Shown here piece by piece: positions 57,193 to 64,000 of a stretch of DNA of 64,000 nt. Source of the stretch: Octopus vulgaris (lineage: Eukaryota); the NCBI GenBank assembly GCA_951406725.2, contig OX597830.1, positions 22,506,001-22,570,000 of the forward strand. Direction: 5' to 3'. How positions within the stretch are numbered: the stretch's first letter is position 1; the number at the start of each line of letters is the position of its first letter. The translations under genes were made by a program, and so were the position numbers. The notes below the pieces were generated by a model. The model was not told the DNA's origin and made no database searches. It worked only from the letters and a program-made list of their open reading frames with translations.

Positions 57193-57198
57193 AATAAA
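57193..57198 (+). terminator. Candidate polyadenylation signal for LMBR1 (would imply a 3' UTR of about 7.9 kb)
   Basis: First AATAAA I could find downstream of the stop codon, followed by U-rich sequence; earlier ATTAAA variants exist. Confidence 0.3.
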
Positions 57199-58661
57199 TT
57201 GTCTTTTTTTTTAATTATTATGTATTTTCTGTTTCTATTAATGACTCTTATATAAGGGTGGTGCTATTATAATGCTATTGTTGCTGTTAGTTTTTTTTCC
57301 CCTACCTTTGGAATAAGTGGAATGCTTTTACACTTAAATTGTCCACTAAAACACAATGATGAACCATGGTCGTCATCATCATCATTTAATGTCGGTTTTC
57401 CATGTTGGCATGGGTTGGGCAGTTTTTCAGAAGCTGGCTAGCCAGAGAGCTGCACATGGCTCCAATTGTTTATTTTTGCATGGGTTCTAGGGCTGGATGA
57501 ACTTTCTAATGCGAACCACTTTACAGAGTTTACCAGGTGCTTTTTTATGTGGAACTGGCACGGTGCGCCTTATGGGACACTGGCAAGAGTGCCTTTACAT
57601 GGCACCAGCACAGGTGCTTTTTAAAACAAAACAGGCTGTGCCAAAATGTCACCATTCAAACAGCTATGTCCAATCATTGTCTCATTCTGGCTATGCTTAC
57701 AGGTGTTGGTGACCATAGATCTCCATACTTTTCTGTTACACACTCACCCAATCACAACATATTGGACCAGTCTTTCTGAAGCCAGTTATTAAGTCTTTTG
57801 AATATCTTCTCTCACTGTCTTCCTTGGCAGTTTCCCAGTTGTCACCAACTTGAATATTTTTTTTTTCTAAAATGAATGTTTAAATGAGGGAAAGAGAGAG
57901 AAAGATATTTAACTCTTAATAGCTCAGTCATCTGTCACACAATATATAGAAAAGACTATAACATAAGAAAATGGATATTTTCTGTATGAAGAACAAACTG
58001 ATAGCTATAATGGAATAAGCTGAAAAAGAATATTTTAATCAACTAAAATTACAACCATAATGGTTGTTTGGGGCTCAGTCTTACTGTGTCACCTTGGGCA
58101 AGTTCTGTTACTGTAGCCCTGGGCTAATCAAATCCTTTTGAGTGGATTTAGCAGATGGAAACTGAAAGAACCCTGGTGTGTGTGTATGTATGTGTGCTTG
58201 AGATTGCACAGTTGTTGTAAACAAGCACCACTTTCATACAAGCAGTGGCATTTATTTCCAATACTCTGCAAAACCATATCTGGTTATAGGGAAATGTTTT
58301 CTTGTTTAGGAGCACTGTTTTGACGTTCTGACTACCTAAAATAATTGTTTCTAATGTAAGCAACAGACCAGCAGTTTTGAGAAGAGTAAGTTGATTATAT
58401 CATTACTTAACTAGTACTTTATTTTACTGACCCTGGTAAGATCAAAGGCAAAGTTGATCTCAGCTAGATTTGAGCCCTGAATGTAAAGGACTGGAACATA
58501 CACTGCAAGGCATTTTGTCCGACCCTCTATTCTACCCATGCACCATCTTTAATAACAATAACGATAATGATATTTTTGTTCAAAATGAAAATAGAAATTA
58601 TCCTTATTGGTGATATCTACTATGCACCCATTTCCCCTGATCTGTTTTTCCTTATTTTAAT

Positions 58662-58793
58662 TACCATATTTTATCATGTATAAGGAACCCTCTAATTTTG
58701 GTGGCTTAAAATTTAGAAAAAAGACTTTGTATTATCGATGTACAAGAAATTCCCATATAAAAAAATGTTCTTTATACATGTTAAAATACTGTA
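58662..58793. mobile_element. pogo/Tigger-like MITE
   Basis: ~25-nt inverted repeats taccatattttatcatgtataagga / tctttatacatgttaaaatactgta with TA ends. Confidence 0.7.
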
Positions 58794-59148
58794 TATACTA
58801 ATACCTGCAGAAGAAAAAAATTCTATTTAAAGACAAGGTAACGACATGTATAAACTATTGGTTACCAGCACTTTCCAATATTAATATAGAAGTAACTTTG
58901 TTGCGTGCAACACTACATTGTATAGAAACACTAACGATTTCTTCAGTTAGTAGTAGTCTCCATCCAGTGTGAGTTATAGTTAAACTGGCCATTTCTACAG
59001 CAACACCTCTACTTACCTGTCAACTGATTGCAAGCCCTGCACTTAAAAACAATGAAAAATGAATAATTTGATGTGTTCCTGAATTTCCTGTCTCCTCTTA
59101 TATTCCTAATTTTTTTTTTTGTCATAATTATCACATGAATTTTAACTG

Positions 59149-59239
59149 AGATGAAGTTTATATTTTTCTACTCGAGTTTCTTTTGTTGTTATCACACATG
59201 AAAAAAAAACTCTTGAGTAGCAAAATATCAACTTCATCT
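59149..59239. repeat. ~90-nt near-perfect hairpin
   Basis: agatgaagtttatatttttctactcgagtttc pairs with aaaactcttgagtagcaaaatatcaacttcatct. Confidence 0.85.
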
Positions 59240-62200
59240 AAATTCTTATCCCTCTCTAACTCACACACCGTCTGGGCGTACAAACAGGAGAAATGTTCTC
59301 AATACATGTAAAGATTATTTTTAAAAAATGCTGCTTCACTCTGTCGTTGATCAGACACACACACACCCAGACAGCAATGTTTGGAGTGCTATCGTTCGGA
59401 TTTTATAGAGGTATTCATTAAGGAATAAAGCAAAAGGTTGCTGTGTGCAGGGTGGGAAAAACAGCAGCAAAAAGAGCCTCTTCCGTGTTATGGAGCAAGA
59501 GAGCGGAGTTAAGCGGGAAGCCAGGAGATGATGATGAGCAGTAATTTGACCACCTCTGCAAACCCACCAACGAGAGATGTTACCGTTCATGATCAAAACA
59601 CCCAATGATCGCTGGATACCGTCTGATGATACAACTCCTTCTGGTCAAAGCTACATTAACCAAAGATGAATTAAGGAGCACCTTCTTTTTAGATGTTATC
59701 AACGAGTGGTACAGTATTTGGACTTCAGTCTCCGTTCTTTTGGCTAAAGAAACTGTCACACTTAGAAAGATCACAAGGTTATGGGAGGAATAAAATTTTC
59801 TTCGAAACCTTAGTGAAGAAACAGTTATCTCCCTTGTTCATACAATCGCGTAACCCATATTATACCCCTGGTTGCGTTTTCGCAACGCAAAACCTGCTTC
59901 TACTTGTTTGGATATGAACTCGCCAGGAAGCATCATCTGACTGAAGAAATACGAAATGCTCAGTAGGTGGTCGACATTCGTAGCAAATAGTTGCATACTG
60001 TCCTCTTTCAGACTGTAAGCTTACCATAACGTTTAATCTAAATACAGTGAAATTTTAAGACTTCATTTTCTAATGTGTTTAGAAGGTGGTTTTAAACAGG
60101 TCTGACATTAAGGCCCATGGCAAAAAGGGAGAATTATATTTATGAATTCATACAATAATTCTAATTTTAGCACAAGGCCAGCAGTTTTGAAGTACTTAAC
60201 TGGTACTTCGTATCATCGACCACAAAAGGAGGAAAGGCAAAGTTGACCTAGGCGGAATTGAACTCAGAGCGCATAGAGCCAGAAGACATGTTGCTAGGCA
60301 TTTTGTTCGACAAGCCAACGATTCTGTAATTTCGCCGCCTTGCACAATATCAGGTGTAAACATAATTGTATGCATTAGATGTTCGCTTCGCAGGTTTTAT
60401 CTTGTAGCTCCCTGTAAACCAATGTCTTGAGAGCGGAATTTCGTAGAGTGAAATACTGCTGAAATATTTAATCGGTGTCAAGCTGTTAGCCTTTCTAGAA
60501 AGAGGGATATAAAAAAATACCCCGCCCCTAAGAACCTAAAGAAGGAAGGAAGTAGCATATAAGCACCCCACACAGCTGCAAACACCCAAGAAAACCACAT
60601 CCTAACCATTTCCGGATCTATCGAATGAATCAGTCTGGTTGATTAAAAACCAATTAAGGATGGTGCTTCAACATAGCCCGGCGATAAATTTAAAAGAAGA
60701 AAAAAACTATAAATCGAAATATTTTTATCCCCTTGAACTCCTTTCAATTTGAAAGTGAGGGGAGATAAAGACTTACTTCTAGCGATGAAATCAATAATAA
60801 CGTTGAAAAATAAATAGGTATTTTTGTGCTTTGAGCACGAACCCCTCTCCCCCACTTTTGAACTTCGGTCTGTTTCTGACTTAGAAAAAGAAATTGTTAG
60901 AGTTCAGAGGAAAACGAAAGAACTTAATATTTCCATTGAAAATAATTAGGTGAAAGCTAACAGCAGTTACCTCCCTTTGTACAGTCATATAAGTTAAAGC
61001 GTCACCTCAGATAGTGTTTCCCATAGGGCAAGAAACTGAGAATTGCAAAATAGGCGGACCCATTTTCATGCTATATAATTTTAAGAGGGTTTTAAAATTT
61101 TCCAACAGCTTGATGAATAAAGTTATTTTCACGAACTTGTTCTCAATAATAAGCACAGTAAACGCAGGCATAACTGTATGATGTTCAATCCGTAGCCACC
61201 TTATGCTAGGTCAGAGTTATGTCCCTTTACATCAAAACTTTTACTGGACTGCGGGGGCACCGTCTTCAAAAGTATAAATCAAACAAGTTGATACCAGTAC
61301 TTGTTTTTTGTTTTAAAGTCTAACACTTATTCTATTGGTCGTTTAGGTTGTAAACAAATTAGCACTCGTTGAGTTGGGGTGCGGTATGAAAACACACACA
61401 CACTCTATAAGACGAGTTTCAGTGAACGTCTACAAAATTCACTCACAAGGTATTGGTCGACCTACGATTATATATGAGAAAACACTTGCCCAAGGTGTCA
61501 CATAGTGGGACTGAACCCGAGATCATGTAGTTGGCAAGCATTCTTACCACATGGCCATACTTGCGTCTAGATAGATTGAATAGAAACGTTTAAAAAACAA
61601 ACAAAAGTTTGGAGGGGTAGGTAGTTCGTTCATTTCTTGAGCCATGCCTGGCTCGTAAGAGCTGGTTTCCTTGGTGTGTAGGTTCCTCACCTGGACGGGG
61701 CGCCAGTCCGTCGCAGGTGGGCTGCAAGATGCAGGAGGAAAGAGTGAGAGAAAGTTGTGGCGAAAGAGTCAGAAGTTCGCCACTACCTTCTACCGGAGCT
61801 GCGTGGAGCTTAGGTATTTCGCTCACAAACACACATCGCCCGGTCTGAAATTCAAACCCGCGAGTCTGCTGCTCTAACCACTAGGCCATGTGCCTAGGTA
61901 GGTGAGGTGAGGCAGTCTTCACGGGGACAAAAGAGGACCCAGAAGTGCTGCAGGTAAGCCGAACAAAGCAATTGAACTAGTGGGGATATGGCCTGGAAGT
62001 TATAATCCAGGCCACCTCACTTGACTTAGAAGAAATTATTGAAGCTGCAAGTGGTGGTGGAGGGAAGACCTCCCACCTCTACCACTGCAAAAATCAAGTT
62101 GATGATAAGAGTTGAACAAGAGGAAGAGTTGCGCATACCGGGCATGAACTGCATATTAATAGACATGAACAATTATAAAAAATTTTAAAACAATTTTTGG

Positions 62201-63626
62201 CGATAACTTGGACCCACCAAGACGAGAGGTAGGATATGATTCTCTACCTCTCGTGGTGGATTTTGAACATTTGAGGTCATATTTGATCTAATAAGATAAT
62301 TTTAATTTAATAAACATTGGTGTAAAATATAGTTAAATGGTACTACTCGAGCGTGAGGCTCAAGTAGCCATTACACCCTCATCCATTATATAAATCCATT
62401 TCATTCATTCGTTTATATTTCAAATCCCTACTTTGTTCGTCCCCTCTGTGTTGGGCCCACAGTGGCCAATAAAACGAAAATGAAAGAGAGGCTGTATTTA
62501 CCATTAACACAGAGCCACAACTGGGGATTTGTATGTTATTGCGGCATCTGTGTTGTTTGAAACTAGGATTATTTTAATCTCAGTGACCCAGGCTACCTAC
62601 GGCAAGTCAAGAGGTACTTGCCTGCAACTAGAACAAATAAAGAACGAGTCTTTCTCTAACATGAATATTAAGTTCCCAGTAGTGTTCCTACTACATACAA
62701 TCCACTGGAATTATGGGACTAATCATAAGTACCCACAAGGAAGATTATTGTATCAATGTTGAATGATACAATGTTGGGCTGAAATGAAAAAGAAAAAAAA
62801 ATTTAAGTGTTAATGTTTGTTTATCTCCAGGCCAGACCTGTTCAAGCTAACCTTTCCGTTAGACATATTCCATCCATGACCGTCGCATGTTTCCACACTA
62901 ATTCTCAAACATCTAATAATATCAAATGTTTTTCCATAAATATATATGGATATATTATTCTATATATTATGATATAGTCTATTGACTAAATTTTTCTATA
63001 CGCTAGGCCACTGGTAGTAAAAATTTCTATAATCTTTATTACCCTGATATTATTAATTATTATATATATAAATATGGTATTAAAGTTTTGTTCAAATATG
63101 TAATTTGGTTGCTATTTTTAGCAGATGAAGAGACCACGTAGAGCAGTGGTTCTTAACTGGGGTCCATAAGGCTCCTGAAGATTCATATAAGATTTTGTGG
63201 GGTTGATGCTATAAAATAATAAACTGGGGATACACAATATTTTAAGGTTGCCTGAAAAAAATTTCCTTTAGATGGTATGTATTGCAAAAAACAGCTAGGT
63301 TTCTTTTTCTAACATTTTAAATAGTTTAACCTAGTTATTAGACATCAAATGGCAATGGGGGTCCACCAGAATAAAAAAAAATTATCAAAGAGGGTCCATA
63401 GTTAAAATATGGTTGGGAATCCCTGATGAAGAGGTTCCGAGAAGCCAGAATTCCTGTTACTTTAAATCTGACAGCGCATAACAGACATGATGAGACAGTC
63501 ATAGCTCATCACTGGATTGCAAAAAGAAAAATTAAGAATAATTTTTCATTAGGAAAACTGCAGTTTGCCCTTGATTAATATACAATGCTTTGTATCCTAA
63601 TTTGAGTTTATAACTAATTTGTGATT

Positions 63627-63868
63627 ACGTGGCATGTAAAAAGTACCAACCGATCATGGCTGTTGCCAGCCTCCTCTAGCTTCTGTGCTGGTGGCATGTA
63701 AAAAGCACCCACTACACTCACAGAATGGTTGGTGTTAGGAAGGGCATCCAGCTGTAGAAACACTGCCAGATCAGACTGGAGCCTGGTGCAGCCTCTTGGT
63801 TCCCCAGACCCTGGTCGAACAGTCCAACCCATGCTAGCATGGAAAATGGACGTTAAATGATGATGATG
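63627..63868 (+). mobile_element. RTE-tail element
   Basis: Same core and (GAT)n tail. Confidence 0.85.
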
Positions 63869-64000
63869 TCGCTTCATAGATTAATTTTTTTTTTTTTTTT
63901 ACATCTCTACAACTATCAAGGATTGAACATAGTTATTGCTTTTAATCAAGCAGACCATTAATGAAAGCAATTTCAGTGATGACAACTCTGTCTCCTCCGC

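Noticed and set aside
59936-59965. ctga-CTGAAGA-aatac-GAAA-tgc-tcag, hammerhead-like
   Set aside because: No stem II can form.

Overview
Eukaryotic, AT-rich, microsatellite- and SINE-dense DNA; the repeat families suggest a coleoid cephalopod, probably Octopus (inference). One protein-coding gene is supported: a + strand LMBR1/LMBR1L (lilipod) family multi-pass membrane protein. I reconstructed it by hand from 14 coding exons (9426-49281, 1428 nt, 475 aa plus stop, all phases consistent); the first coding exon appears to lie upstream of the window. Intron 45421-47738 is a U12-type (minor spliceosome) GT-AG intron. The rest is transposon debris: RTE LINE relics, a maT/mariner transposase relic, piggyBac-like, hAT-like and pogo-like MITEs, several tRNA-derived SINE families, and mini/microsatellites. 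Nearly all ORFs in the supplied track are microsatellite or SINE artefacts. Most interesting: (1) Penelope-type minimal hammerhead ribozyme motifs in introns, one with an intact core on the sense strand (13740-13828) and one inside a tRNA-headed element with an inverted terminal copy and target-site duplication (23297-23716); (2) candidate splicing devices in the 11.5-kb intron 25332-36862: two in-frame 18-nt microexons whose co-inclusion makes a stop codon, and a decayed exon duplicate that now looks like a recursive splice site; (3) a young 157-nt plus 391-nt tandem array bracketed by inverted LINE tails; (4) codons where A-to-I editing would restore the residue seen in orthologues. All coordinates were read by eye; repeat boundaries are approximate.
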